In this document: positions 29,996 to 40,422 of the stretch, piece after piece
Layout of the letters: each line of letters opens with the position of its first letter
Numbering within the stretch: position 1 is the first letter of the stretch
Assembly: GCA_963666345.1 (NCBI GenBank)
Contig: OY762721.1
Location: 416,001-480,000 of the forward strand
DNA: 64,000 nt
Direction: 5' to 3'
Origin: Desulfatiglandales bacterium
GTDB taxonomy: Bacteria; Desulfobacterota; DSM-4660; Desulfatiglandales; Desulfatiglandaceae
The notes under the pieces: model-generated
Seen by the model: the letters and a program-made list of their open reading frames with translations, nothing else
Databases searched by the model: none
What the model was told of the DNA's origin: nothing
Position numbers and translations under genes: made by a program

Positions 29996-31237
29996 TTACT
30001 GCTCACAGCTTTTAAAGACAAGGCTGGCATTTGTACCGCCAAAGCCGAAGGAGTTTGACATCGCCACACTTACCCCGGCCTTTCTCGCAGTGTTCGGGAC
30101 ATAATCAAGATCGCATTCCGGATCAGGGTTATCATAATTTATTGTGGGAGGGATAACCCCATGTTTTATTGTCAGTGCCGTAAAAATGGCCTCAACACCT
30201 CCAGCTCCTCCGAGAAGGTGCCCGGTCATCGATTTGGTGGAACTGACAGCAAGTTTATAGGCATGTTCCCCAAATACCGCCTTTATGGCCTTGTTCTCCG
30301 AAAGGTCATTAAGCTTTGTGGAAGTCCCGTGGGCATTGATATAATCCACATCTTGAGGGACCATCCCGGCATAGTCCAGGGCCATTTTCATGCAGTTTAC
30401 GGCCCCTTCACCATTTGGCTCCGGAGCAGTCACATGATGGGCGTCCCCTGTCAGCCCGTAACCGACTATTTCGGCGTAGATAGGGGCGTTTCTTGCCTTT
30501 GCCCTTTCCAGTTCCTCCAGAATAAGCATGCCTGAACCCTCAGCCATAACAAAACCGTCCCGGTCCATTTCAAAGGGCCTCGATGATCTTTCAGGATCAT
30601 CGTTTCTTGTTGAAAGGGCCCTCATGGAACAGAAACCGCCCAGCGCAAGAGGGGTTATAACCGCCTCTGCTCCACCGGTTATCATCGCGTCGGAAATACC
30701 TTCCCTGACTAGCCTGAAGCTTTCACCCACGGCGTGCGAACTGGCAGCACACGCGGTTTCTATGGACATATTAGGCCCTTTTGCACCTGATTCGATGGCA
30801 ATCTGGCCTGGAACCATATTGGCTATTATACCGGGGATAAAAAAAGGGCTGACCCGACGGGGTCCTTTATCAATAAGGACCTTGTGAAAGTGTTCAAGCA
30901 TTGTCAGCCCGCCGAGCCCCGTGCCGGTTATGCATCCGACACGGGTGGAATTCGAATCGTCGATCTTGAGCCCTGAATCTTCTATCGCCATCCTCGCAGC
31001 GGCAACACCGTAATGAATAAAGACATCAAAACGGCGAACCTGCTGTTTGTCCATAAAATCTTCAGAACGGAAATCTGTCACCTCCCCGGCAATCTGTGAT
31101 GAAAACTGGGAGGCGTCGAACTTCGTAATGGGACCCAGACCTGAAACACCTGCACAGGCATTCTTCCAATTTTTTTCAACCCCGGTTCCCAGGGGCGTCA
31201 CCATACCCAGACCTGTAATGACAACCCTTCTGGTCAT
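29996..31237 (-). CDS. fabF: Beta-ketoacyl-ACP synthase II
   Basis: RRVVITG, TACAAS, NAHGTST, GHLLG, NSFGFGG. Confidence 0.98.
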   Translation of the reverse strand: MTRRVVITGLGMVTPLGTGVEKNWKNACAGVSGLGPITKFDASQFSSQIAGEVTDFRSEDFMDKQQVRRFDVFIHYGVAAARMAIEDSGLKIDDSNSTRVGCITGTGLGGLTMLEHFHKVLIDKGPRRVSPFFIPGIIANMVPGQIAIESGAKGPNMSIETACAASSHAVGESFRLVREGISDAMITGGAEAVITPLALGGFCSMRALSTRNDDPERSSRPFEMDRDGFVMAEGSGMLILEELERAKARNAPIYAEIVGYGLTGDAHHVTAPEPNGEGAVNCMKMALDYAGMVPQDVDYINAHGTSTKLNDLSENKAIKAVFGEHAYKLAVSSTKSMTGHLLGGAGGVEAIFTALTIKHGVIPPTINYDNPDPECDLDYVPNTARKAGVSVAMSNSFGFGGTNASLVFKSCEQ

Positions 31238-31302
31238 ATCTGCCGCCCCTTTATCATTCTTTCTTTTCTGCACATACCTGTTTCCCTTTAACAAAATGGG
31301 AC

Positions 31303-31542
31303 TTATCCCTCGATAGCCTTCTTGATATAATCGATAGCATCCTTGAGGGTGGCGATCTTCTCTGCGTCCTCATCAGGTATGGATATATCAAACTCCTCTT
31401 CCATTGCCATTATTAATTCCACCTGATCAAGCGAATCAGCGCCCAGATCATCAACAAATGACGCGTCGGGAACGACATTCTTTTCATCCACATCAAGCTG
31501 ATCACAAATTATCTTTTTAATCTTTTCCTCAACAGATGCCAT
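31303..31542 (-). CDS. acpP: Acyl carrier protein
   Basis: DLGADSLD phosphopantetheine site. Confidence 0.98.
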   Translation of the reverse strand: MASVEEKIKKIICDQLDVDEKNVVPDASFVDDLGADSLDQVELIMAMEEEFDISIPDEDAEKIATLKDAIDYIKKAIEG

Positions 31543-31605
31543 AAAACTTATCCTCCTGTTTTTTCTCTTCTGTTCAAAAATATTCCATAAGGGGCTTAAT
31601 ACCTC

Positions 31606-32355
31606 TTACATATACATACCACCGCTTACATGTATGACTTGTCCTGTTATATAGCTGGCTCCATTTGAGCACAGCCAGTATACCGCCTCAGCCACGTCAT
31701 CGGGCTCACCGATCCTGCCTAACGGAATCTGCCTCATGAATTCATCCTTTGCCTGCTCCGGAAGCACGCTTGTCATGTCGGTGTTTATGTAACCCGGAGC
31801 GACTGCATTGACGGTTACGCCCCGAGACGCCACCTCTCTGGCAACGGATTTTGTAAAACCGAGGATTCCTGCCTTGCTTGCCGAATAGTTTGCCTGCCCC
31901 GCATTTCCTATTTGTCCGACCACAGAGGAGATGTTCACGATACAACCGGCCCTCTGCTTCAGCATGGTCCTTACGGCCCTCTGAGTGCAGTTAAAAACGC
32001 TTTTCAGATTTACATTCAATACGGCATCCCAGTCGGCCTCCCTCATCCTCAGCAATAGGGCGTCCCTGGTTATTCCTGCGTTGTTAACGAGCACATCGAC
32101 CCTCTTGAAACGCTCGAGGATATCTTTCATGAACTCATCCACGGCACCAAAGGATGAGGCATCAACCTTATGACTTTCCGCCTTGACTCCCTCTGAATTC
32201 AAAATTGACAGGGTCTCATCGGCAGCGGTTTCATCCGGATCAAAGTGGGCTATTATTACTATCGCCTTCTCCTTAGCAAACTTAAGACACACAGATCGGC
32301 CTATACCACGTGAACCTCCTGTTACTATAACCACTCTTGGATCACTACCGACCAT
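31606..32355 (-). CDS. fabG: 3-oxoacyl-ACP reductase
   Basis: TGGSRGIG, NNAGITRD, YSASK. Confidence 0.95.
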   Translation of the reverse strand: MVGSDPRVVIVTGGSRGIGRSVCLKFAKEKAIVIIAHFDPDETAADETLSILNSEGVKAESHKVDASSFGAVDEFMKDILERFKRVDVLVNNAGITRDALLLRMREADWDAVLNVNLKSVFNCTQRAVRTMLKQRAGCIVNISSVVGQIGNAGQANYSASKAGILGFTKSVAREVASRGVTVNAVAPGYINTDMTSVLPEQAKDEFMRQIPLGRIGEPDDVAEAVYWLCSNGASYITGQVIHVSGGMYM

Positions 32356-32504
32356 AAAATGCCCCCGTAAAAAAATGAAGAATTCCGGCCGAACCTCCAA
32401 GGCCGGATTTTACAATGTCCAGGATGCCAAAATCAAGGTGCTGGAAACCTGCAACTTCAGAAATCAAAAGCTGCGGTTTACAATACTCAATTATCACAAT
32501 TCAT

Positions 32505-33533
32505 TCATGCAGCCGGCTCATTCTTCAGCAGCGGTGTACTGTCTGAATCAAAGTTTTTCAGCTGATATGCCATTTTTTCGAGCACCCCTTTGCCGACATA
32601 TTTGGCAGCCATAAAAATAGCGTTCTTAATCGCCCTCGGGGTGGAGCCTCCGTGGCATACTATGCCGACACCGTTTATTCCGAGGAGTGGGGCGCCGCCA
32701 AATGCCTCGTAATTGAACCTGCTTCTCAGTTTTTCAAATGCCCCCTTACCGAGCAATACCGCCGCGCGTCCGCGTAAACTGCCTGCAAGTTCATCCTTGA
32801 GGACCTTTGTCATTCCCTCTGCAACTCCTTCGGCAATCTTTAAGGCCACGTTCCCCACAAAACCGTCACATACTATTATATCCACATCACCGGTAAATAC
32901 GTTTCGACCCTCAACATTTCCGACGAAATTGAGATGGCTTTGCTCAAAAAGCTCCCTGGTCATCTTTACCTGCTCATTACCCTTGCTTCCCTCCTCACCT
33001 ATACTGAGGAGCCCGATTCTGGGGCTTTCCATGGCAAGGCAAGAACCCGCAAAGGCCTGCGCCATTATTCCGAACTGGAAAAGATGCGACGGCCTGCAAT
33101 CCACGTTGGCACCCACATCTATCAGAACGACATCCCCATGTTCACCGGGGAATATACTCGCGATAGCGGGCCTCTCAACACCTTCAAGCCTTCCAAGAGT
33201 CAATATCCCGGCCGCAAGTGTGGCGCCTGAATTCCCAGCGCTCACTACAGCGTCGACATCTCCCTTTTTTACAAGATCAAAGGCCACTCTTATTGAAGAG
33301 TCCCTTTTTTTTCTTACAGCCTTGAGGGGCGCCTCTTCCATTTTCACCACCTCCCGGCAGTGATGGATTGAGATGTTGTTTTCCTGCAAACAGGGTCCCA
33401 GTTCTTTTCCGACAACATCCTTGTCACCGACAAGGATGATATCAATTCCCATCTCAGAGGCAGCCTCGACTGCGCCCCGCACGACCACTTGTGGAGCGTT
33501 ATCTCCACCCATGGCGTCCACGGCTACTTTCAT
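32505..33533 (-). CDS. plsX: Phosphate acyltransferase PlsX
   Basis: AVDAMGGD, SAGNSGA, DGFVGN. Confidence 0.98.
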   Translation of the reverse strand: MKVAVDAMGGDNAPQVVVRGAVEAASEMGIDIILVGDKDVVGKELGPCLQENNISIHHCREVVKMEEAPLKAVRKKRDSSIRVAFDLVKKGDVDAVVSAGNSGATLAAGILTLGRLEGVERPAIASIFPGEHGDVVLIDVGANVDCRPSHLFQFGIMAQAFAGSCLAMESPRIGLLSIGEEGSKGNEQVKMTRELFEQSHLNFVGNVEGRNVFTGDVDIIVCDGFVGNVALKIAEGVAEGMTKVLKDELAGSLRGRAAVLLGKGAFEKLRSRFNYEAFGGAPLLGINGVGIVCHGGSTPRAIKNAIFMAAKYVGKGVLEKMAYQLKNFDSDSTPLLKNEPAA

Positions 33534-33534
33534 G

Positions 33535-33717
33535 CTAGCTCTCTTTGGTCTTGATTATTGTCTTACCCCGGTAACTCCCGCACTCCGGACAAACATGATG
33601 GGGTAATACGGGCTCATGACACTGGGGACAGGTAGTGGACCCAGGCAGCGCGGTTCTGTCATGAGATCGTCTCGAATCTCTCTTTGCTTTTGATTTTTTC
33701 TTCTTTGGTACGGCCAT
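33535..33717 (-). CDS. rpmF: 50S ribosomal protein L32 (Zn-ribbon form)
   Basis: MAVPKKK, CPQC...HHVCPECG. Confidence 0.97.
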   Translation of the reverse strand: MAVPKKKKSKAKRDSRRSHDRTALPGSTTCPQCHEPVLPHHVCPECGSYRGKTIIKTKES

Positions 33718-33788
33718 GACGTATAATCACCTTTCGATTAACTAGGATAAAACTGCCGCATGAACAGGCCTGAGGCACTTTCAAGGGG

Positions 33789-34316
33789 CTACCCCAAATT
33801 CAGCCCTTTCAGTTTCATGAAACCGGGGTGACCCGTTTCCTTATGACAGCAACAGTTAGCCCTGTTCAGGTTAACACCACAGACAGGGCAAAGGCCCCTG
33901 CAATTATCGCGGCATATGGTTTGAATAGCCAGAGACAAATAGATCTGCTCCTTCACGATATCATAGAGTTCTATCTCGTAGCCGCTTATGAAATCAATGT
34001 TCATGTCTTCTTCCAGAAGTTCCACTTCCTCCATTTCCTCTGCCGGATTTACGGAGGAAAGCAAAACATTGAAGACCGAATCTATCTCCCTGTCAAAGGT
34101 CTCAAGGCACCTGTCGCACTTGAGGGCAAGTATTCCCTCGATGCGACCCTGAACCGGATAACGGTTCTCCCGCCGTGAGATATTCAAATCCACCTTTAAC
34201 GGGCCATGAAAATCGATAATCTTATCTGTTTCCCCATGTCTCTGCCACCAATCTCCCTCGAAAACAAGATGAAACTCAAGTGGTTCATGAAGAACCTTTT
34301 TCAAATCGACAATCAT
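33789..34316 (-). CDS. yceD: YceD/DUF177 family protein
   Basis: CDRCL, CRDNCRGLCPVCGVNLN; upstream of rpmF. Confidence 0.9.
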   Translation of the reverse strand: MIVDLKKVLHEPLEFHLVFEGDWWQRHGETDKIIDFHGPLKVDLNISRRENRYPVQGRIEGILALKCDRCLETFDREIDSVFNVLLSSVNPAEEMEEVELLEEDMNIDFISGYEIELYDIVKEQIYLSLAIQTICRDNCRGLCPVCGVNLNRANCCCHKETGHPGFMKLKGLNLG

Positions 34317-34649
34317 GGTGGACAGATCCTGTTAAGGAGCTCAATTTATTATTCATTCCAAAAATTAGTAAAACGTGAGTATATAAAACCCTTTTTTTTT
34401 GTCAAGGAAATTAATCGATATTACAAACATATCAAGGCACCGGGTAAAGTCTTTTGAAGATAAGGTAACCTCCCAATTTTTTTATTTTTTCTTGACACCT
34501 GCACTGCCTTGTGCTATTCGTGAAATCGATTTTATTTCGACTCCGAGCCTCCTCCGCACCGAGTATTTCCGGCCTATGTTGCCATCCTTTATTCCTATGG
34601 GCTCGCGCGGAGCTAACCGTTAATATTCTTCTATTTCAGACAGTTATAC

Positions 34650-35711
34650 ATGTGGAGATATAGAGAAGCCTTAAATTACTACGAACGGGTAAGGCGCAGC
34701 CTTTACGAAGTCCTGAGAGATTCCCTTGAAAAGAGATTAATGAGGATTTCTCTTATCGATTCCTTCTACAACTACAACAAAAACGGCATTGAATACAGTT
34801 TTGTAGACAAAAGCGAACTCAAGCCGAAATCGAAAAAGATGGAGAAGGAGTCGGAATTTTTCAATACTTTTCTCGTTATATTCTGCGAAGGGATGGTTGA
34901 CAACCATCTGAAAAATTATCTCCGTTTCTTCCCTGAAAACAGTGCCGTCAAAAAAAACCTCGAGTACCTTGCAAACCTTACTATTTATAAGAATTTCAAC
35001 CGAAATATCAGGTATTTTGAAAGCCTTGGATTCCTTGATTTTATAAATGATCTGCTTGATATTGACTATGCGCTCCTGATACAACCTGATCCCAGCGTAA
35101 GGAAAAAGAACCGTTATTCCCTTACCCACCTTCATGTCAAAATCGATTGGCCCATTGCGGATGCTGCTGAAGACCTGGCCAGATGGTTGAGATACATCCA
35201 AAACAATCTCTACGAAAATGGCGACAAGCATGCCAGAATTCTACAAAACAAGCTCTTTGAATATTACGGTTGTCACCACAGTGTAGGCGGCCGCAGGACC
35301 GCCGGGCTGATAGCGGCCCAACTTCTTAGAAAACTTGATACCATAGCCACGGTATATGTATCGAGCTCCGAGTCAAGGGCCATGTATAAATATTCGGAAA
35401 GAGGCGTCTCAAAATTTTTTCTTATAAAGCTTACCAAACACCAGGTATCCGCCCTGGCGCAAAAAGAAGGCAAAGACGTTGATACTTTCGCGGAAAATTA
35501 TCTTTATCCGGCGGATGGATATCACGTTGGAATCTCACAGGCATCCTATTCTCATACCGCCCACTCAAAACCGCCGGAGGATGGAAGGCTCAGGAGGCTG
35601 AAGCCGGCCTATAACTGGCTTAAACTGCGTGAGGAATTATTGCACCCCAAAGGCAATGCACTCTCTTCAAAACCTGTCAGCTATGCCTGGGTTTATTCAG
35701 ACTCATTATGA
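34650..35711 (+). CDS. Hypothetical protein, 353 aa
   Basis: Long ORF divergent from yceD with a TTGACA-17-TATTCG promoter-like sequence upstream (34492-34520); no family recognised. Confidence 0.75.
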   Translation: MWRYREALNYYERVRRSLYEVLRDSLEKRLMRISLIDSFYNYNKNGIEYSFVDKSELKPKSKKMEKESEFFNTFLVIFCEGMVDNHLKNYLRFFPENSAVKKNLEYLANLTIYKNFNRNIRYFESLGFLDFINDLLDIDYALLIQPDPSVRKKNRYSLTHLHVKIDWPIADAAEDLARWLRYIQNNLYENGDKHARILQNKLFEYYGCHHSVGGRRTAGLIAAQLLRKLDTIATVYVSSSESRAMYKYSERGVSKFFLIKLTKHQVSALAQKEGKDVDTFAENYLYPADGYHVGISQASYSHTAHSKPPEDGRLRRLKPAYNWLKLREELLHPKGNALSSKPVSYAWVYSDSL

Positions 35712-35713
35712 CA

Positions 35714-35968
35714 TCAGTGGTAATCGGTACTCTCCACAATTTTTTCAAGACCCCAGACATCTTTTTCCCTGTTCCGGACCAACATATATATGTGTCCGTC
35801 ATCGCCGAGCACCTTGAAATAATCGCAGTCCTGTCCGTACCGCCTTTCCAGGATCTCACTTATATCTACCCTGCTCTTTTCCAGGATAAAAGACAAAGGC
35901 ATCTCATTTGCCTTGTATCCCGAATGGCAGACAACCTCTACCTCATTCTTACCTCTATCGGGCTTCAT
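35714..35968 (-). CDS. Small hypothetical protein (CxSGYKA...YFKV)
   Basis: GGGGGA RBS before ATG 35968; convergent with the 353-aa ORF. Confidence 0.65.
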   Translation of the reverse strand: MKPDRGKNEVEVVCHSGYKANEMPLSFILEKSRVDISEILERRYGQDCDYFKVLGDDGHIYMLVRNREKDVWGLEKIVESTDYH

Positions 35969-36540
35969 ATTGTCCCCCTGGCCGTTCTTTAAAATACTGT
36001 CTGCATCCCACAAGCGGAGGTGCCTGGGCTGTTTCAGAAGGCCTTATAACCGGACAAAAAAACCGAGAAAGGCGTGAAACGACTCATAGCCTCGACTCGA
36101 ATCCCTGAATCTCTATACAGAACATCCTATCCTTAATGCTCCTCCGGATCAACAATATGGGCAGCATTACCGGATCATTCAACATCATGAGAACCCGAAT
36201 CCACCATCTAATCCAGATACCGGACTGAAGACAAATGGATTTGGGGGAATCCACGGTCACCGGCAAGGTGTCAGATTTAAGGCGCCAAGGAGGACCGAGA
36301 CCTATGACCTATAAGTTGCGCATCGCCTTTTTTATGGTGGATCAGGGAGAACCCTCTTGAGTACTCTTCACCTCTGTGCTAGACTGCGGCACATTTTTTG
36401 GCTGTTTTGCAAAATCCGATATTTCCCCTGACAACGGCCCGGTTTTAAACGTGGAGCCATCGTTTCCAGCTGCAATAACAGCCCTTAACGATCAGAAAAC
36501 CTGCAAAATTATAATGTGTGACGGAGGACTTAACCAAGAG

Positions 36541-37947
36541 ATGGATGAAGAAAAGATTGTAACCAGATTTCCCCCCAGTCCTACTGGGTATCTTCATATA
36601 GGCGGTGCCAGGACAGCGCTCTTTAATTGGCTTTTTGCGAGAAAAACGGGCGGGAAATTCATACTCAGAATCGAAGACACCGACAGGGAAAGGTCTTCAG
36701 AAGAGGCCACGACCGCGATACTGGAGTCAATGGAATGGCTCGGCCTGGACTGGGATGAAGGCCCATATTTTCAATCGCAGCGCTATGATATCTACAATGC
36801 GGCGATCGATCGACTTTTGGCAAGCGGCATGGCCTACCACTGCCACTGCACCCCTGAAGAGCTTGAAGCGAAAAGAAAGAAAGCAAGGGGAAAAGGCCTT
36901 AAGCCCAAATACGACGGGAAATGCCGCGATCTGGGGCTCGGACCCGCTCCCGGTTCCGTCATAAGGCTCAAGACACCCCTTTCAGGTGTAACAAGGTTTG
37001 AAGATCTTATAAAGGGTACTATAAGTTTTGATAACGACGAATTGGATGACCTCATCCTTAAACGATCCGACGGAAGTCCGACCTATCACATGGCGGTTGT
37101 GGCAGATGATATAGATCTGGGCATAAATTACGTGATAAGAGGGGACGATCATGTGAACAACACCCCCCGCCAGATACAGATCTACATGGCACTCGGGGAA
37201 TCGCTGCCCAAATATGCCCACGTGCCCATGATACTCGGCCCCGACAAGACAAGGTTGAGCAAGAGACATGGAGCCACTTCGGTCCTGGCATACAGGGAAA
37301 TGGGATACCTGCCCCAGGCCCTGTTGAACTCTCTGGCAAGGCTGGGATGGTCATACGGAGACCAGGAAAAATTTACAAGGGAGGAACTCATCGAAAAATT
37401 TTCCCTCAAAAACGTGGGAAAATCCGCAGGTGTATTTAACGCGGAAAAGCTCCTCGATCTCAATGCAAGGTATATAAGAGAGACCCCGGATGAAAAGCTT
37501 GCCGAAGAGGTGATAACCGGTCTTCAGGGACTCGGTCTAAATGATATTGATATGCCTAAGCTGATAAAGGCCGTTACGACCCTTAAACCAAGGAGCAAAA
37601 CGATCATAGACATGGCGGAAAAGGCCTCGTTCTATTTTGTAAAAGAGCTGAGGTATGAAAAAAAGGGAGATGACAAATTTTTCAAACCTGAGGTAGCGGC
37701 CCTTCTTGAGGATCTTGCAGAAAGGCTCACAGGGATTTCCGGCTTTGAACAGAAAGACCTGGAGGATATATTTTCAAAATTCCTGGAAGAAAAGGAGATC
37801 AAGCTGAAGGTGATAGCCCAGCCCCTCAGGCTGGCGCTGACCGGGACGACGGTGAGTCCGGGCATTTTCGAGGTTATGGAGGTCCTGGGCAAAGAGGTCT
37901 CTATTGAACGAATAGGAAAGGCGATAAGCCATATCAGAAACAAATAG
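36541..37947 (+). CDS. gltX: Glutamate--tRNA ligase
   Basis: TRFPPSPTG.LHIGG, RIEDTD, LSKRHGA; start placed at ATG 36541. Confidence 0.98.
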   Translation: MDEEKIVTRFPPSPTGYLHIGGARTALFNWLFARKTGGKFILRIEDTDRERSSEEATTAILESMEWLGLDWDEGPYFQSQRYDIYNAAIDRLLASGMAYHCHCTPEELEAKRKKARGKGLKPKYDGKCRDLGLGPAPGSVIRLKTPLSGVTRFEDLIKGTISFDNDELDDLILKRSDGSPTYHMAVVADDIDLGINYVIRGDDHVNNTPRQIQIYMALGESLPKYAHVPMILGPDKTRLSKRHGATSVLAYREMGYLPQALLNSLARLGWSYGDQEKFTREELIEKFSLKNVGKSAGVFNAEKLLDLNARYIRETPDEKLAEEVITGLQGLGLNDIDMPKLIKAVTTLKPRSKTIIDMAEKASFYFVKELRYEKKGDDKFFKPEVAALLEDLAERLTGISGFEQKDLEDIFSKFLEEKEIKLKVIAQPLRLALTGTTVSPGIFEVMEVLGKEVSIERIGKAISHIRNK

Positions 37948-37965
37948 GGTCCAGACGATATTTTT

Positions 37966-40326
37966 CTACTCGATATAGACCGGCTCCTTAAGTATCAGAT
38001 CAATACCCTCTCTAGCCACGGAGGTAAGTGCGGGGTGGGTCTCGCTGAGATTCATGACCTGTCTTAAATGGTCTGCTGTCCTCATGATGAGAGAGGCCAT
38101 ATCACCTTCATCTACAGGTACGATTTCAAGAAGTTTTTCCCAGGTAGCTCCCTTTACCCATAGATATAGGGCGATCGAGGGCCAGGAAAGAAGAGGAGGA
38201 TTGCTGAAACCCTTTTTTTCTTTCCTGAGTCTTATATCTTCTATAAGTTTCATTATGGTATCAAAAAGCTGTTTCGGAACTGAAAGATCTTTACCTTCGG
38301 GAAGGATAATCTCCAGATCCTGCTCCCTGTCCCATACAAACGGGGCAAGACCGCTTGCAAGGGCCTCAGGAGTGCAGCCCTTAAAGGCATCCTTTCTGAT
38401 CGCCTCTGCAATCAGAAGAGGCTGATCGAGCCTAAGGTTTGACGCCCATACGCCATCGTCGGTTAGATGGTCCTTTTCATCTACAAATCCGGTCTCTTTT
38501 AAGAAGTTCAGGTGCGCCTTGAAACTGAGCCACAGTCCTGTGCCCGTATCCTGCGCGACAAAGGCTATCGAACCGAACCGGCCCAAAAGGTGCCCCAGGC
38601 GTCCTTTCTTTTGCGAATGGCACAGCCTGAAATGCGCGCAATCCCTGCATGGAAAAGACTCTAGTCTTTCAGACAGTTCATGCAGTTCTTCGCTGGAGTC
38701 GACTCCCCTGTCCTGTCTCCTTATGCGTCTGATATCTCTTTTTATGTCCCTGCGCCCTTTGATATATTCAGTTATTTCATATGGATTATCAAAATTACAG
38801 GCAGCTTCAGGAAGCATCTTTTCTATTTCACCTATGATCCTGTTCAGCCTTTTTTCATTGGCAGTGCCGGTCGCGCGTTCCTGAAACGCGGCAAACGAAA
38901 GCTCAAGAAGCTCCCTTATCTCATCCGGGGCATGGGAGCGAAGCAGGTTGAGCGTCATGGAAAAATTGATATGGATCTGGCTCATCACCGGTTCGGGCGG
39001 CCCCTTTTGCAACTCATAGACCAGCTTGGGGTTCTGATACCTGGCAGGTACCAGGAGCACGAAACCTATGTTGTCCTTACCGCGCCTGCCCGCCCTGCCT
39101 ATCATTTGATGCAGATCCGTGGCCGTCAAATCGGCGAACTCCCTGCCGTTAAACCTGTCGCTCTGAAGAAGGACAACGGTCCGGGCGGGGAAATTGACGC
39201 CTGCGGCAACGGTTGATGTGGAAAAAATCGCCTCCAGATACCCTTTTTTCATCATTTTCTCGATGAAAATCTTCCAGAAAGGCAATTGCCCACCATGATG
39301 TGAACCCACGAGCGCATCTTCAAGAGGACCGAGTTGCCGGTGTCTTTTAAGATGCGGGTAATTTTTCAGAAAACTGTCTGCTGCATTTTTCACCAGGACC
39401 TTATGTTCAAAATGCACCTCCGCATTGGGGCAGCTCAGTACTGCCCTGTCACAGTCAGCCCGTGACTTGAGGAAGAAAATGGCGGGAAGCAGGTCATATT
39501 CCCTGAGACAGTTGATTATCGCTCCGTAATCTATCTTTTCAGGCCTCAGTCTTCCGACCTTTCTGTTTCCCATGAACTTCTTTATCCTGGAATTCAGACC
39601 ACTTTTCCCTCCCAGAGGGGCAATATGACCTTCGGGAAAAAGAAATAGCATCTCCAGCGGTACGGGACGCTCTTCCGCCTTAACCACCCTGTTGGGGGTT
39701 TCTCTTATTTGTCTGAGCCATCCGCAGATTTCCCGTCCGTTTGATATAGTAGCGGAAAGGAGAAGCAGCCTGACGCGGGCCGGAAGATATATCAGGACCT
39801 CTTCCCAAACCACCCCCCTGTCGGGATCGCTCAGATAATGAGCCTCATCCATGACAACCATGTCGCATCCAAGGCTGGTCCCCTGGTGCATGGCATCATA
39901 CAGCTGGTTTCTGAGTATCTCGGTAGTTCCTACAATTACAGGAGCGTCCAGGTTTTCCTTACGGTCTCCTGTAAGGATACCGCAATGATCCCGCCCGAAC
40001 TCACGACAGAAGTCCTGATAGATTGAATTTGAAAGTGCCTTCAGAGGCGAGGCATACCATACCCTTTTCCCCTCAGACAGGTAGTGACTTATAGCCTGTT
40101 CGGCTATCCAGGTCTTTCCCGCACCCGTGGGGGCGCTTACAAGGACATCGTAATCCTCGATCAGCTCAAGGGCCTCCTTCTGAAAGGGGTCCGGCCTGAA
40201 AGGTTCATCAGCAGGAACCCCTATCCTCTTAAAAACCGGCTTCAGTTCAGGTGCGATACCAGGTTTGGTAAATTGAAAATCCCTTTTGCCCCATCTTCCT
40301 TGGGGAGCTCTTTTCCTTCCAGACAC
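37966..40326 (-). CDS. Ski2/HelY-like DEAH-box helicase
   Basis: APTGAGKT, PLKALSN, DEAH, SAT, QMIGRAGRRG. Confidence 0.93.
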   Translation of the reverse strand: MSGRKRAPQGRWGKRDFQFTKPGIAPELKPVFKRIGVPADEPFRPDPFQKEALELIEDYDVLVSAPTGAGKTWIAEQAISHYLSEGKRVWYASPLKALSNSIYQDFCREFGRDHCGILTGDRKENLDAPVIVGTTEILRNQLYDAMHQGTSLGCDMVVMDEAHYLSDPDRGVVWEEVLIYLPARVRLLLLSATISNGREICGWLRQIRETPNRVVKAEERPVPLEMLFLFPEGHIAPLGGKSGLNSRIKKFMGNRKVGRLRPEKIDYGAIINCLREYDLLPAIFFLKSRADCDRAVLSCPNAEVHFEHKVLVKNAADSFLKNYPHLKRHRQLGPLEDALVGSHHGGQLPFWKIFIEKMMKKGYLEAIFSTSTVAAGVNFPARTVVLLQSDRFNGREFADLTATDLHQMIGRAGRRGKDNIGFVLLVPARYQNPKLVYELQKGPPEPVMSQIHINFSMTLNLLRSHAPDEIRELLELSFAAFQERATGTANEKRLNRIIGEIEKMLPEAACNFDNPYEITEYIKGRRDIKRDIRRIRRQDRGVDSSEELHELSERLESFPCRDCAHFRLCHSQKKGRLGHLLGRFGSIAFVAQDTGTGLWLSFKAHLNFLKETGFVDEKDHLTDDGVWASNLRLDQPLLIAEAIRKDAFKGCTPEALASGLAPFVWDREQDLEIILPEGKDLSVPKQLFDTIMKLIEDIRLRKEKKGFSNPPLLSWPSIALYLWVKGATWEKLLEIVPVDEGDMASLIMRTADHLRQVMNLSETHPALTSVAREGIDLILKEPVYIE

Positions 40327-40422
40327 GAAATGACGATTCTTATTCGTAACGGTTCACCAGCCTTCCCTTTGCTATCTCAAAGTGATGTGAGAATGCGTTT
40401 TGAAAACATGCCTGCGAAAGAC

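Noticed and set aside
36376..36540. 55-aa N-terminal extension of GltX in the ORF track
   Set aside because: Upstream in-frame GTG; family similarity begins at ATG 36541
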